Source: Escherichia phage PNJ1902
Sequence record: OK254197.1
Direction: 5' to 3' (one strand)
DNA: 64,000 nt
Part shown: piece after piece, positions 19,077-27,694 of the stretch
Numbering within the stretch: the first letter of the stretch is position 1
How the letters are laid out: every line of letters begins with the position of its first letter
Translations under genes and position numbers: made by a program
The notes under the pieces: generated by a model
Databases searched by the model: none
What the model saw: the letters and a program-made list of their open reading frames with translations, nothing else
Told to the model about the DNA's origin: nothing

Positions 19077-19526
19077 ATGAAGGCAGCTTTGCTTTTAGTA
19101 GCTGCCCTTACCTTCAGCTTTAGTAGTCAGGCATCGCACGATGCAAAAGAAATAGATTGCATTGCTAAAAATATCTATTTCGAGAGTCGTGGTGAGGGCA
19201 TAAAGGGAATGACGGCGATTGCACATGTTACTAAAAACCGTGTAAACTCCGGTAAATTCCCAGATTCCTACTGTAAAGTAGTATATCAGTCTAACCAGTT
19301 CTCTTGGGTATCTAAGAGACCAAAAGTTGATAAAACCGATGAGGCTTGGCAAACAGCCAAGAATTTAGCTAGAGTGATATACTACGTTGATTTACCACAA
19401 GATCCTACACATGGAGCACTATACTTCCATAGTGGTAAAGATAAACCTTATTGGACAAAGAAGTTTAAGAAAACAACTAAGATTAAGGGACATACGTTTT
19501 ATAAACCTGTTGTCACTAAAACTTAA
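19077..19526 (+). CDS. Secreted cell-wall hydrolase (SleB/Hydrolase_2-like), putative
   Basis: Signal-peptide-like N-terminus MKAALLLVAALTFSFSSQA; IYFESRGEG...AHV..NRV...FP...C.VV.Q.NQFSW pattern; start moved to ATG 19077. Confidence 0.55.
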   Translation: MKAALLLVAALTFSFSSQASHDAKEIDCIAKNIYFESRGEGIKGMTAIAHVTKNRVNSGKFPDSYCKVVYQSNQFSWVSKRPKVDKTDEAWQTAKNLARVIYYVDLPQDPTHGALYFHSGKDKPYWTKKFKKTTKIKGHTFYKPVVTKT

Positions 19527-19534
19527 AAATTTAC

Positions 19535-19563
19535 TTGCTTAAATACTTAAATTTCTGTATAAT
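19535..19563 (+). promoter_or_regulatory. sigma70-type early promoter (TTGCTT-17-TATAAT)
   Basis: Read from sequence. Confidence 0.55.
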
Positions 19564-19594
19564 ACTTCCATAAACTAATGAGAGGAAGCGAAAT

Positions 19595-19765
19595 ATGAAA
19601 TCAGTTGTAATTATTGGTGTTAACACTCGCGGTATTCGTACTACGAAAACTGTTAAAACATCTAACGTGGCTGAAATTACTACTAACCCTAAAAAGTTTG
19701 ATTTCGCCAAAGTCTCGGCAGTTATGACAGAACAATCTTTTAACCAAGCGTTAGGAATGAAATAA
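19595..19765 (+). CDS. Hypothetical 56-aa protein (below ORF-track size cutoff)
   Basis: ATG 19595 after GAGGAAG RBS, directly downstream of promoter. Confidence 0.4.
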   Translation: MKSVVIIGVNTRGIRTTKTVKTSNVAEITTNPKKFDFAKVSAVMTEQSFNQALGMK

Positions 19766-20208
19766 TGGAAGAGAATATTTTAGATGTTTTGCGTAGAGCT
19801 TTGCAGGATTCTAAGTTTAATGGTTCTGATAAAGAAGTCGCTAAAAGCTACCAGACCATAATCGGGGATCTTCAGCGTATTGATAAAGATTTCATCACTT
19901 CTGAACAATTTGTGTCTTATCTCAAAGCTCAACTAAAAAGCATTAACCAGATGAAAGCTAAACTTCATGGTCAAGATCTTGATAGTTATAGCTTGCAGTC
20001 TGCTCAGTATGAGTACATTCTAAATAAATGGTTGCAGGAGTATCTGCCTCCTCAGTTATCTGATACTGAGATTCGTAAATACTTTGCAGAATTAGTTAAG
20101 CTAAACCCTGGAATTACAAAGGGTATGCTGATGAAAGCGATTAAGGAAGAATTTCCTGGGCGTTATGATGGCGGTACTGCTGCTCAGATTGCTGGCGAAT
20201 TTAATTAA
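19765..20208 (+). CDS. Hypothetical protein (possibly GatB/YqeY-domain-like)
   Basis: ORF track; weak resemblance only. Confidence 0.3.
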   Translation: MEENILDVLRRALQDSKFNGSDKEVAKSYQTIIGDLQRIDKDFITSEQFVSYLKAQLKSINQMKAKLHGQDLDSYSLQSAQYEYILNKWLQEYLPPQLSDTEIRKYFAELVKLNPGITKGMLMKAIKEEFPGRYDGGTAAQIAGEFN

Positions 20209-20216
20209 AAATTTAT

Positions 20217-20245
20217 TTGCTAAATGCCTTTAAATTCTGTATAAT
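20217..20245 (+). promoter_or_regulatory. sigma70-type early promoter driving the non-coding/tRNA region
   Basis: TTGCTA-17-TATAAT with no ORF downstream for about 900 bp. Confidence 0.55.
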
Positions 20246-20468
20246 ATATTCATAAATTAGGGAACAGCGAGCCGATTACGCTGAGTGCAGAATCCCAACC
20301 GGAGCGCATTGAATAGAGTCGGTGGGTTAGTTGTAAAACTAGTACACAGGGGGCGGCAATCCCGGTTAGTGGCTAGAACGTGTAAAATGAGGCGTCTGAA
20401 ACCTCTCCCCTAAACTCTTCTCTAATTTATAAATAGTGGGGTGTGGAAATCACTTATGTAGTAACACT

Positions 20469-20540
20469 GCCGTCCTAGTATAATTGGTATTATCAAGCCG
20501 TAACTGGTGGAAGATGTAGGTTCGAATCCTACGGTCGGTA
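20469..20540 (+). tRNA. Possible tRNA or tRNA-like element (anticodon not resolved)
   Basis: T-arm gtagg-ttcgaat-cctac with acceptor-like pairing; anticodon arm could not be folded by hand. Confidence 0.25.
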
Positions 20541-21042
20541 AGAACTGGATAACTGGTGCTTTTAATGTAAAAGCTTCCGAGGTTAGTTGCGCACTGCCTA
20601 AACCACGCGGTAGTTGGTTCCAGACTAGCCAACCAGTCTGCTGAATAGTTTTATTACGATTTAACTATGTCCAGACTAAAGAAGAACTTTAGAAGGTATT
20701 CTAGGATAGTGAAGTTCTTTCTCCATATCGGAGTAGTTTTTCAAGCTATCCACAAAGTGGGAAATGCTGACATGAGAGATGTCACTAATGGTGCACAATA
20801 GCACAGGTAATTCGCGATAATTCCTGTTGAGTAGCAGCAAAAGGCGGGAAGTCATGACCCCAAGCCTAACCGAGTCCTCAATATACCGCAGGACATAACC
20901 ACTAAGTCACCCTGACTTAAACTGGAAAATAATAGACGTTACCGTATTTTGTCTTGAAATACTTAATGAGTGAGACTTATGACTCTCCCGGTATCGTCTG
21001 TATTTTTAAGAGTTTTTACGAGAGTTCTTAAAAATACTTAAA

Positions 21043-21117
21043 CGGGGTGTAGTCTAAGGGAGAGGCAGGAGTCTTCTAAATTCCTTTATGCAGGTTCGAA
21101 TCCTGTCACCTCGGCCA
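21043..21117 (+). tRNA. tRNA-Arg (anticodon UCU)
   Basis: Cloverleaf folded by hand: 7-bp acceptor, T-arm gcagg-ttcgaat-cctgt, anticodon loop cttctaa, encoded CCA. Confidence 0.65.
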
Positions 21118-21151
21118 ATTTTATTAACTGTAACTAAAACAAAGGAAATAT

Positions 21152-22099
21152 ATGTTTGCTACTAAAAACACTAAAGAACTGACTTATGAGCAAAAATTAA
21201 TGCGTAATATCAAACGTTGGGGTATTGGGGCTGCAGTTGGTTTGGTAGGTTTAGTTCTGGCTCTTAACTCTTACACTGTTGTTCAAGACGGTACTGTTAA
21301 AACCCAGACTTTCCTGGGTAAAGTTGACCCTAGCCCAGTATTACCCGGCTTTCATATTGTAAATCCTTTTGCTTCTTTCGATACTTTTAGTACTAAAGAT
21401 ATTGCTCTAAAATTAGATAAACTTCAGGTTCCTAGTCAGGATAAGTTTAAATCCACTGTTGACCTGACTGTTATGTTGCAGTTTGATGGTTCTAAGGCAC
21501 CGATTAACCGTATTAATGCAGGTACTCAGGATCAAGCATTAGACAAATATGTAACTGAAAAATTACTGTCTACTATTCGTGAGTTTGGTAAGTCTGTACC
21601 TAAAGCACAAGATTTATTTGATGCTAAAATTCAGGCTCAATTGCAAACCGCAATTCAACAGGAAGTTGAAGAGTATGCACGCCCATATGGTTACACAGTT
21701 AAGCAGGTGTTTCTTCAGGATATTACTTTGCCACCGGTAATCATGGAACAGGTACAGAATACCAAAGTTCGTGAAGAGCAAGTTAACGCTGCGAAAGCTG
21801 AACTTGCCCGCGTTGAACAGGAAGCACAGCAAAAAGTTAAACAAGCAGAAGCAGATCGTGAAGCTCGCAACAACCAAGCTATTGCTAATGAACGTGACGC
21901 AGATGCTAAACTGTACGCAGCTAAGAAAGAAGCTGAAGCTAACGCCGCACTGCAACGTACCATTACTCCTGAGATGATTCGTTGGAAACAACTGGAAGTT
22001 GAAATGATTCGTGCTCAGAAGTATCAAGGTGGTGTACCTCAGACTGTAGTTGGCACTGGCTATGATGGTCAAATGATTATGGATATGCGTAACAAGTAA
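21152..22099 (+). CDS. SPFH/band-7 (prohibitin/HflC-like) membrane protein
   Basis: N-terminal TM helix, SPFH-like core and C-terminal charged coiled coil (EAQQKVKQAEADREARN...). Confidence 0.5.
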   Translation: MFATKNTKELTYEQKLMRNIKRWGIGAAVGLVGLVLALNSYTVVQDGTVKTQTFLGKVDPSPVLPGFHIVNPFASFDTFSTKDIALKLDKLQVPSQDKFKSTVDLTVMLQFDGSKAPINRINAGTQDQALDKYVTEKLLSTIREFGKSVPKAQDLFDAKIQAQLQTAIQQEVEEYARPYGYTVKQVFLQDITLPPVIMEQVQNTKVREEQVNAAKAELARVEQEAQQKVKQAEADREARNNQAIANERDADAKLYAAKKEAEANAALQRTITPEMIRWKQLEVEMIRAQKYQGGVPQTVVGTGYDGQMIMDMRNK

Positions 22100-22124
22100 T
22101 AGTTACACGTAATCTTCGAACTAA

Positions 22125-22155
22125 GCCCGCGTTTTCTCCGAGAGCGCGGGCTTTT
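22125..22155 (+). terminator. Rho-independent terminator
   Basis: agcccgcg...cgcgggct + TTTT. Confidence 0.55.
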
Positions 22156-22183
22156 CTGTATTTAAGGCAAAAGAAAAAGCCCC

Positions 22184-22208
22184 TAAGTCTTTCGACTAGG
22201 GGCTTTAC
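22184..22208. terminator. Bidirectional terminator hairpin
   Basis: aaaaagcccctaagtctttcgactaggggcttt; A/T runs on both sides. Confidence 0.5.
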
Positions 22209-22219
22209 TGTTTGGTTCT

Positions 22220-22414
22220 TTAGAACCATATACTCTTGTTACAGCAACCACCCATACGGGAGGCCAATCTTGACTGAAAATCTACTCTAGGGGGCAGGAT
22301 AAGAGTAGGCTTAAAGGCAAACGGATTGAACGCCGGTATTTGCGTAAACATTGCTGGAGAGCAACAACGTGCTACAGGCATTGGGCAGCACGAAACAGAT
22401 TTTCTGCAACACAT
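22220..22414 (-). CDS. Hypothetical Cys-rich small protein
   Basis: ORF track; AGGAGG RBS 5 nt upstream of ATG on minus strand; 10 Cys in 64 aa. Confidence 0.4.
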   Translation of the reverse strand: MCCRKSVSCCPMPVARCCSPAMFTQIPAFNPFAFKPTLILPPRVDFQSRLASRMGGCCNKSIWF

Positions 22415-22423
22415 AATTCCTCC

Positions 22424-22840
22424 TTAGGAGTTATTACCACCATTTTGAGCTTTTGCAACTTGGCTTTGGCAGAAGCTATTAAACTTACCCATAAGTGATA
22501 CAAGCTGCTTCCCATCCTCTGTCTTTGCGAAGTCTTCGAAAAGGGCTAGTACTGCCTGTCCTTCCGCAGAAACCTGCGGTTGTTGGGTTTGTTGCTGAAC
22601 TTGCTGCTGCGGCATCTGTTGCTGCATTTGTTGGGGCATTTGCGACTGCCCGCTCATTTGCTGCATCATTTGCATAGGACTCACACTTCCAGGGTTTTGC
22701 TGGAGTTGTTGCTGCATCTGTTGCGCTTCTGCTAAACGCTGTTGCAATTGTTGTAAGTAGGGGTTATCCAGACCCGGAATGGGCTGCTGGGAGCCCATAC
22801 TTTGATTAAGTCCGTTATTTACAAAACCATATTTACTCAT
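22424..22840 (-). CDS. Gln-rich low-complexity protein
   Basis: ORF track; long Q/M-rich repeats. Confidence 0.45.
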   Translation of the reverse strand: MSKYGFVNNGLNQSMGSQQPIPGLDNPYLQQLQQRLAEAQQMQQQLQQNPGSVSPMQMMQQMSGQSQMPQQMQQQMPQQQVQQQTQQPQVSAEGQAVLALFEDFAKTEDGKQLVSLMGKFNSFCQSQVAKAQNGGNNS

Positions 22841-22861
22841 AATGGGCTCCTCCCCTTAATA

Positions 22862-23848
22862 TTAAGCCGGCAGTTTAGCCTGCAGACCAGCCAGAGTCTG
22901 AGTGATAGCACCAAGACTTAAAGCGATTTGATTAATTACCTGACCGTTAGCACCACTACCCGCAGCGATTGCTTCACGTAGGCGACATGCGTCTAACTCG
23001 TCCTGGATACGTGCAGTAGTTACACCAGCGATCGCAGTCTGAAGTTCACAGCAACATTCAGCGATCTGACGTTCCAGAGAGTTCTGGTTAGCACACATCT
23101 GAGCCTGAACAGCGGCAAACTGGTTATTAGTTTGTAAAGTCTGCTGGAAAGCGATCTGTGCAGAATCAAACTTATCTTGTGCACGAGCTATCTGGTTAGC
23201 TGCGAAAGATTGATCAATCTGGCGAGAAAGATCGAACTGACCCTGAATAACGTTGCGAGTTTCCTGGCAGATCTGATTAGACAGATTAGCACCTGTACCA
23301 TAGATCGTAGTTAGTACAGACTGAGTATCACGGCTCTGGTTTTGGGATGTCTGGCTAAAACCATTGTTAACTGCGCTTAAAACAGCCCCAGTACCCTGGT
23401 TAGCTTCTGTACGAGTAGTGTTAATAGCTGCTAGAATACTAGCGGTATCTTGATTCTGAAGTACTGCATCAACTGCGCTACCATCACCAACTACACCACG
23501 TCCACCGAATCCACCGAAACCACCGAATCCGCCTGTTAATAGAGCACCGATTAGGATAGCTCCGAATAGTCCCATACCTTCACCACCGAAAGCACCTGCG
23601 TTTGCTGGGTAACCACCTAGTAGGCCAGGGAAGCCACTAGTGAATACGTTTACTGGTTCTTGCATTTTATGTTTTCCATGTTTATGACAATGTTCATCAT
23701 CGTCATCTTCTTCATCATCATGTTCACGATGTTTTTCTTCGTAGGCTCTGACCTTCTCCCACTTTTTCTTATCTGATTCCTCGTGACGGTGCAGTTCTGC
23801 TGCAACGCTAGCGACGGTCTCAGGACTCTTAGCTACTTCTTCTGTCAT
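22862..23848 (-). CDS. Hypothetical protein with His/acidic N-terminus, Gly-rich hydrophobic segment and Q/N-rich coiled-coil region
   Basis: ORF track; upstream divergent promoter-like TTGACA-17-TAAAGT on minus strand. Confidence 0.5.
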   Translation of the reverse strand: MTEEVAKSPETVASVAAELHRHEESDKKKWEKVRAYEEKHREHDDEEDDDDEHCHKHGKHKMQEPVNVFTSGFPGLLGGYPANAGAFGGEGMGLFGAILIGALLTGGFGGFGGFGGRGVVGDGSAVDAVLQNQDTASILAAINTTRTEANQGTGAVLSAVNNGFSQTSQNQSRDTQSVLTTIYGTGANLSNQICQETRNVIQGQFDLSRQIDQSFAANQIARAQDKFDSAQIAFQQTLQTNNQFAAVQAQMCANQNSLERQIAECCCELQTAIAGVTTARIQDELDACRLREAIAAGSGANGQVINQIALSLGAITQTLAGLQAKLPA

Positions 23849-24055
23849 TTTTTAACACCTCCTAGTATATAGAAAATGTGTGTCTCTTTGATCACTCATC
23901 CATAACATATACTTTACACTACCCCAACAAAAATGTCAAGGGGTCTTTAAAAATTGCCCCCGGATTTTTAGTGGGGTCACAAATTTTGGTCCTCACCACT
24001 TATCTGCTACCCTTAAGTGCCCTATGATTTTCCTCTAAAAAGTTAAAAATTTTGA

Positions 24056-24084
24056 TTGCTTGAATGCTAAATTCTCTGTATAAT
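24056..24084 (+). promoter_or_regulatory. sigma70-type early promoter (TTGCTT-17-TATAAT)
   Basis: Read from sequence. Confidence 0.55.
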
Positions 24085-24114
24085 ATATCTATAAATTTGA
24101 GAGAGGAATAAGAT

Positions 24115-24633
24115 ATGAATGTTGATGAGCTAACACAGCACCTCTTATCTAGAGGATTTGATACAGATAAATATCATTGCTGGTTAAGCCCGGAAGGGTG
24201 GCTAACAGTCCCATTGTATGACTTCTCTGGGATGTTGCGGGGCTATCAGACGTATAATCCTTCTGCTCCAAAAGGGCATGGTAAGTGCCCCTTTGAGGCT
24301 AAATATTTTACCTACTCCACTACACAGTGTGTATGGGGACTAGAAACTCTCAATGGAGATGAAAAAGTAGTATTGATTGCTGAATCTGTATTTAAGGCAG
24401 TTGCATTACATAATGCTGGTTATCCAGCCCTAGCAATGTTGGGTTCTACCCCAGGAAAAGCGTTATTAAAGCAACTGAAATTACTACCTTTTAAATTGGT
24501 AGCTGTCGGGGATAATGATCCTGCGGGTGAAAAATTTGCTAGAAAATTGAACGGCTTTGTTTCTCCTGTAGATGTGGATGAGATGTCTACCGAAAACTTG
24601 AAAAATTTTCTTGCTATGAAGCTAAATTTCTAA
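24115..24633 (+). CDS. Toprim-domain protein (primase-like), putative
   Basis: VVLIAESVFKAVAL (Toprim Glu) and AVGDNDPAGEKFA (DxD) motifs. Confidence 0.45.
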   Translation: MNVDELTQHLLSRGFDTDKYHCWLSPEGWLTVPLYDFSGMLRGYQTYNPSAPKGHGKCPFEAKYFTYSTTQCVWGLETLNGDEKVVLIAESVFKAVALHNAGYPALAMLGSTPGKALLKQLKLLPFKLVAVGDNDPAGEKFARKLNGFVSPVDVDEMSTENLKNFLAMKLNF

Positions 24634-24654
24634 TATAATATATCTTATAAATTC

Positions 24655-24743
24655 GGAAGAATAGCATAACGGTATTGCAGCAGATTGCTAATCTGTCGGT
24701 TTGAAATATAGCCTTGTGGGTTCGATTCCCACTTCTTCCGCCA
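24655..24743 (+). tRNA. tRNA-Ser (anticodon GCU), class II
   Basis: Acceptor ggaagaa/ttcttcc, T-arm gtggg-ttcgatt-cccac, anticodon loop ttgctaa, long variable arm, encoded CCA. Confidence 0.65.
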
Positions 24744-24749
24744 GATTTT

Positions 24750-24827
24750 GGTTCTCAAGCTCATATGGTATGAGCACCCGGCTCATAACCGGAAGGTACG
24801 TAGGTTCGAATCCTCGGGGAGCCACCA
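24750..24827 (+). tRNA. tRNA with CAU anticodon (Met or Ile2)
   Basis: Acceptor ggttctc/gggagcc, D-arm gctc...gagc, anticodon loop ctcataa; T-stem partly mismatched. Confidence 0.5.
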
Positions 24828-24845
24828 ATTAAATAGAGGTCACAA

Positions 24846-25034
24846 ATGGATCTATATATAGTTTATGTTGTGTTTATTCAAGATAGAGAATACCCGGATG
24901 AATATAAAAAAGGATATAGGCTAGCCAGAGCTACCTCTGAAGCCCAAGCTATGGATAAAGTGGCAGATTATATGATTACGGTAGAAAACGTACACTATAT
25001 AGACTACCTCGAAGCCTCAAAAGTAATTGACTAA
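24846..25034 (+). CDS. Hypothetical small protein
   Basis: ORF track. Confidence 0.4.
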   Translation: MDLYIVYVVFIQDREYPDEYKKGYRLARATSEAQAMDKVADYMITVENVHYIDYLEASKVID

Positions 25035-25043
25035 GGAGACTAT

Positions 25044-25229
25044 ATGTCCAAGTTTCAAGAACTCAAGCAAGAGCTAGAAGAATGTGCCTGCCCTGAGTGT
25101 AGGGGAATTGGTGAAAGTTCTGATGCAGAAGCAGGAGATACTTTTTGCAATATCTGGGTTTGCCCAAATTGCAGTGGTACAGGTATTAATCCTAACTGTG
25201 GTATTTCCCTAGATATTGAACGAGGATAA
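25044..25229 (+). CDS. Small zinc-ribbon protein (CPECRG...CPNCSG)
   Basis: ORF track; two CxxC pairs. Confidence 0.4.
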   Translation: MSKFQELKQELEECACPECRGIGESSDAEAGDTFCNIWVCPNCSGTGINPNCGISLDIERG

Positions 25230-25330
25230 TACCTATGAAACTAAAAGATTATTATATTGGTTGGTTTGTGGGACTAGTAGTAGGATTTTCACTAGGCTAT
25301 AATATGTATCAACTAATAAACTGATTACAC

Positions 25331-25407
25331 GGGGGTGTAATCGAATTGGCATAGGTACTGGACTTAAAATTCAGGTTTTGTGGGTTCGAATCCCACCACC
25401 CCTACCA
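25331..25407 (+). tRNA. tRNA (anticodon tentatively UAA, Leu-like)
   Basis: Acceptor gggggtg/cacccct, T-arm gtggg-ttcgaat-cccac, CCA encoded; D-arm non-canonical. Confidence 0.45.
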
Positions 25408-25582
25408 AATTAAGGAAATAAGATGTATAGACATCCACCTCCGCCAACACGTCGTTCTAGGGAAGTTATCCTCATGGAATTGACTAAAAACTTCAAGGCA
25501 ACTCTTGAAGACAGAGATCTAGGCACGGATGAAGACATTGATTTTATTTGTAGACTATTAAAGATGAAACTGGAGAAAAAAC

Positions 25583-25789
25583 ATGGCTAATCCTGAAATT
25601 ACAGCACAACGTTTCATGCTTAAAGGCATGATTGCTGAGGCAGGTATAACTCAAGAGGTTGCAGATTTTCATAAGCAATTTCTTGACATTATAACTCTAG
25701 CTAAAGAGACTGGAGAAAAAGAGCATGGAGCGGCAATTATGGCTATATCTCTTATTAGTCTAGACTTGGCTGAAGAATCTGGAATTTAG
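25583..25789 (+). CDS. Hypothetical small protein
   Basis: ORF track. Confidence 0.4.
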   Translation: MANPEITAQRFMLKGMIAEAGITQEVADFHKQFLDIITLAKETGEKEHGAAIMAISLISLDLAEESGI

Positions 25790-25819
25790 CTCCTCCAAAC
25801 AGAATTTTTAAAAATGTAC

Positions 25820-25849
25820 TTGCCTTTTGCTTTAAATTTCTGATATAAT
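25820..25849 (+). promoter_or_regulatory. sigma70-type promoter (TTGCCT-18-TATAAT)
   Basis: Read from sequence. Confidence 0.45.
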
Positions 25850-25879
25850 AGTTATATAAATTGATGAAGGAGTTAATGA

Positions 25880-26155
25880 ATGCAAAATCGTGTTATAGCA
25901 GCTGGTATTGAAAGTGCAATCTGTAAATCCTGGGAAGGCTGGGAAGGTGAGATTGAATGGCTTTATTTCTACGATGTAGAACTTCTGCCGGAAATTAAAG
26001 CTAAATGTATTGAAGCTGGCATGGCTCCAGATGCAAAAGCTGATATTGATATTTCAATGTCTGAACTTAAAGGTCGTGTAATTACTGTTAGTGATGAGGG
26101 CGAAGAAGTTTTCGAACTTCCGTTCTCCTTAACTGTCGCTCCTAAGTTCGACTAA
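25880..26155 (+). CDS. Hypothetical protein
   Basis: ORF track; GAAGGAG RBS. Confidence 0.5.
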   Translation: MQNRVIAAGIESAICKSWEGWEGEIEWLYFYDVELLPEIKAKCIEAGMAPDAKADIDISMSELKGRVITVSDEGEEVFELPFSLTVAPKFD

Positions 26156-26191
26156 CTAATACAGCACTGAGCAAGTTCTTTAAAATTTGAC

Positions 26192-26220
26192 TTGCTCAGT
26201 GCCTTAAAACTTGGTATAAT
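26192..26220 (+). promoter_or_regulatory. sigma70-type promoter (TTGCTC-17-TATAAT) upstream of tRNA block
   Basis: Read from sequence. Confidence 0.5.
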
Positions 26221-26286
26221 AGTTATCTAATTTGGAAACATATTTAAAAGTGTTTAAATTAGAATTTTTTTGAATACTTCTAAATA

Positions 26287-26374
26287 TGGGGAAATATTCT
26301 GTAAGTGGTAGCAGAGCTGACTGTAAATCAGTTGTCATTGCGACTCGGGTGGTTCGACTCCATCTTTCCCCACC
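26287..26374 (+). tRNA. tRNA-Tyr (anticodon GUA), class II
   Basis: Acceptor ggggaaa/tttcccc, anticodon loop ctgtaaa, T-arm ggtgg-ttcgact-ccatc, CCA. Confidence 0.65.
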
Positions 26375-26380
26375 AATTTA

Positions 26381-26457
26381 AGTCCTGTTAGACAAACTGG
26401 TAAAGTCACTACCCTTTCAAGGTAGGATTTGCGGGTTCGATCCCCGCACAGGACGCC
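26381..26457 (+). tRNA. tRNA-Glu (anticodon UUC)
   Basis: Acceptor gtcctgt/acaggac, anticodon stem ctacc/ggtag, loop ctttcaa, T-arm gcggg-ttcgatc-cccgc, CCA. Confidence 0.65.
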
Positions 26458-26465
26458 AATTCCTG

Positions 26466-26542
26466 CATTCCTAGAGTGTTACTGGACAGCATGTCGGTCT
26501 CCAAAACCGTACGGTCTAGGTTCGAGTCCTAGTAGGTTTGCC
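26466..26542 (+). tRNA. tRNA-Trp-like (anticodon CCA), acceptor stem imperfect
   Basis: Anticodon arm cggt-ctccaaa-accg, T-arm ctagg-ttcgagt-cctag; 5' boundary uncertain. Confidence 0.4.
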
Positions 26543-26548
26543 AAAATT

Positions 26549-26623
26549 TGCACCTTTAGCTGAGATGGATTAGCGCTTGCCTGAAGAGCTTGAGAGGTTC
26601 GTTCGATACGAACAGGGTGCACC
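26549..26623 (+). tRNA. tRNA (anticodon not resolved)
   Basis: Acceptor gcacctt/agggtgc with CCA, T-arm gttcg-ttcgata-cgaac. Confidence 0.45.
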
Positions 26624-26641
26624 AATTTGAAGGAGCTGCTT

Positions 26642-26914
26642 ATGCATCCTGAAAACTTCTTTATTTACTGCGCGGATAAGTCGCTGAAACGTAGAATTAA
26701 CAAAGTCTATCATTATCGTGCTAGTCAACAGCCTTATGTATACGCTTTTGACGGTGATCACATTCCATTAGAACAATTATCTTGTGATTACATGATATTG
26801 AAGAACTTTGACGAGACAAAGATCTCAAGCGTTCACAATCGACAGAATCCATTAACGTGGAAATATAAGAAGAAAAAGAAAGGCATCAAATTCTTAAAAA
26901 ATGTAGTTGCTTAG
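26642..26914 (+). CDS. Hypothetical protein
   Basis: ATG 26642 after GAAGGAG; in-frame part of track ORF 26627..26914. Confidence 0.45.
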   Translation: MHPENFFIYCADKSLKRRINKVYHYRASQQPYVYAFDGDHIPLEQLSCDYMILKNFDETKISSVHNRQNPLTWKYKKKKKGIKFLKNVVA

Positions 26915-26935
26915 TTTCCAAAAGTTCTGTATAAT
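26907..26935 (+). promoter_or_regulatory. sigma70-type promoter (TTGCTT-17-TATAAT)
   Basis: Read from sequence. Confidence 0.55.
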
Positions 26936-26983
26936 AATTACATAAATTGAACTGGAGAAGCAACATGATAGAATAAGATAAAT

Positions 26984-27059
26984 CGACCGTTGGCTGAATG
27001 GCTTAGGCGAAGGATTGCAAATCCTTTTTATGTGAGTTCAAATCTCATGCGGTCGTCCA
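26984..27059 (+). tRNA. tRNA-Cys (anticodon GCA)
   Basis: Acceptor cgaccgt/gcggtcg, anticodon stem aagga/tcctt, loop ttgcaaa, T-arm gtgag-ttcaaat-ctcat, CCA. Confidence 0.65.
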
Positions 27060-27061
27060 AT

Positions 27062-27201
27062 TTGCTGAAAGAATTGTTTTAACAATTCAGGCACGCGTAG
27101 GAACACTGTCTCCGTAATTGAAAGATGAGGCACGGTTTGGAGAGGTATGCCGCTACACGCTACGGTGCTAACTCCGTCTAGGTGAAAATCCTAGTCAGCA
27201 A
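27062..27201 (+). ncRNA. Long tRNA-like element (about 140 nt) closed by a perfect 7-bp terminal helix
   Basis: ttgctga...tcagcaa closure; internal T-arm-like ctagg-tgaaaat-cctag. Confidence 0.3.
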
Positions 27202-27211
27202 TATAAATTTA

Positions 27212-27294
27212 GGGTCGTTAGCCAAGCGGTTTGGCGGTGGACTGTTAATCCATGTCGAAAGACAACGTAGGTTCGAATCCTACACGGCCCGCCA
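27212..27294 (+). tRNA. tRNA-Asn-like (anticodon GUU) with unusually long variable arm
   Basis: Acceptor gggtcgt/acggccc, D-stem gcca/tggc, anticodon loop ctgttaa, hairpinned 13-nt variable arm, CCA. Confidence 0.55.
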
Positions 27295-27396
27295 AATTCT
27301 GTGTAGAGTTAAGTAAACCGGTAGCCAACCAGCTATCATTGCTGACATCGAATTCAGCCACAGATACCATTTTCATTAATAACTGAGGAAACAAGC

Positions 27397-27582
27397 ATGT
27401 CCAAGAATGTAATTGCGCAGCTAGAAGTTCATCGTGATAGCACTATCAACAATATTGAAGTTGAGAAGAAATACATCGAAGAACTTAAACATGATATACT
27501 AGTAAGTCTTAATCGTCTTAATGTACGAAAAGAGTTTCTTAAGGAACTTAATGCAGCTATTGAAAAACTCAAAGCTGAGTAA
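27397..27582 (+). CDS. Hypothetical small protein
   Basis: ORF track; GAGGAAACAAGCATG. Confidence 0.45.
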   Translation: MSKNVIAQLEVHRDSTINNIEVEKKYIEELKHDILVSLNRLNVRKEFLKELNAAIEKLKAE

Positions 27583-27591
27583 ATGAATTAT

Positions 27592-27668
27592 GCGACAGGG
27601 GCTGGCTTGGTAATGGTACTCCCCTGTCACGGGAGAGAATGTGGGTTCGAATCCCATCGGTCGCGCCA
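27592..27668 (+). tRNA. tRNA-Asp (anticodon GUC)
   Basis: Anticodon stem ctccc/gggag, loop ctgtcac, T-arm gtggg-ttcgaat-cccat, CCA. Confidence 0.65.
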
Positions 27669-27694
27669 AATTAAACTAGCACGAGAAATATGCT

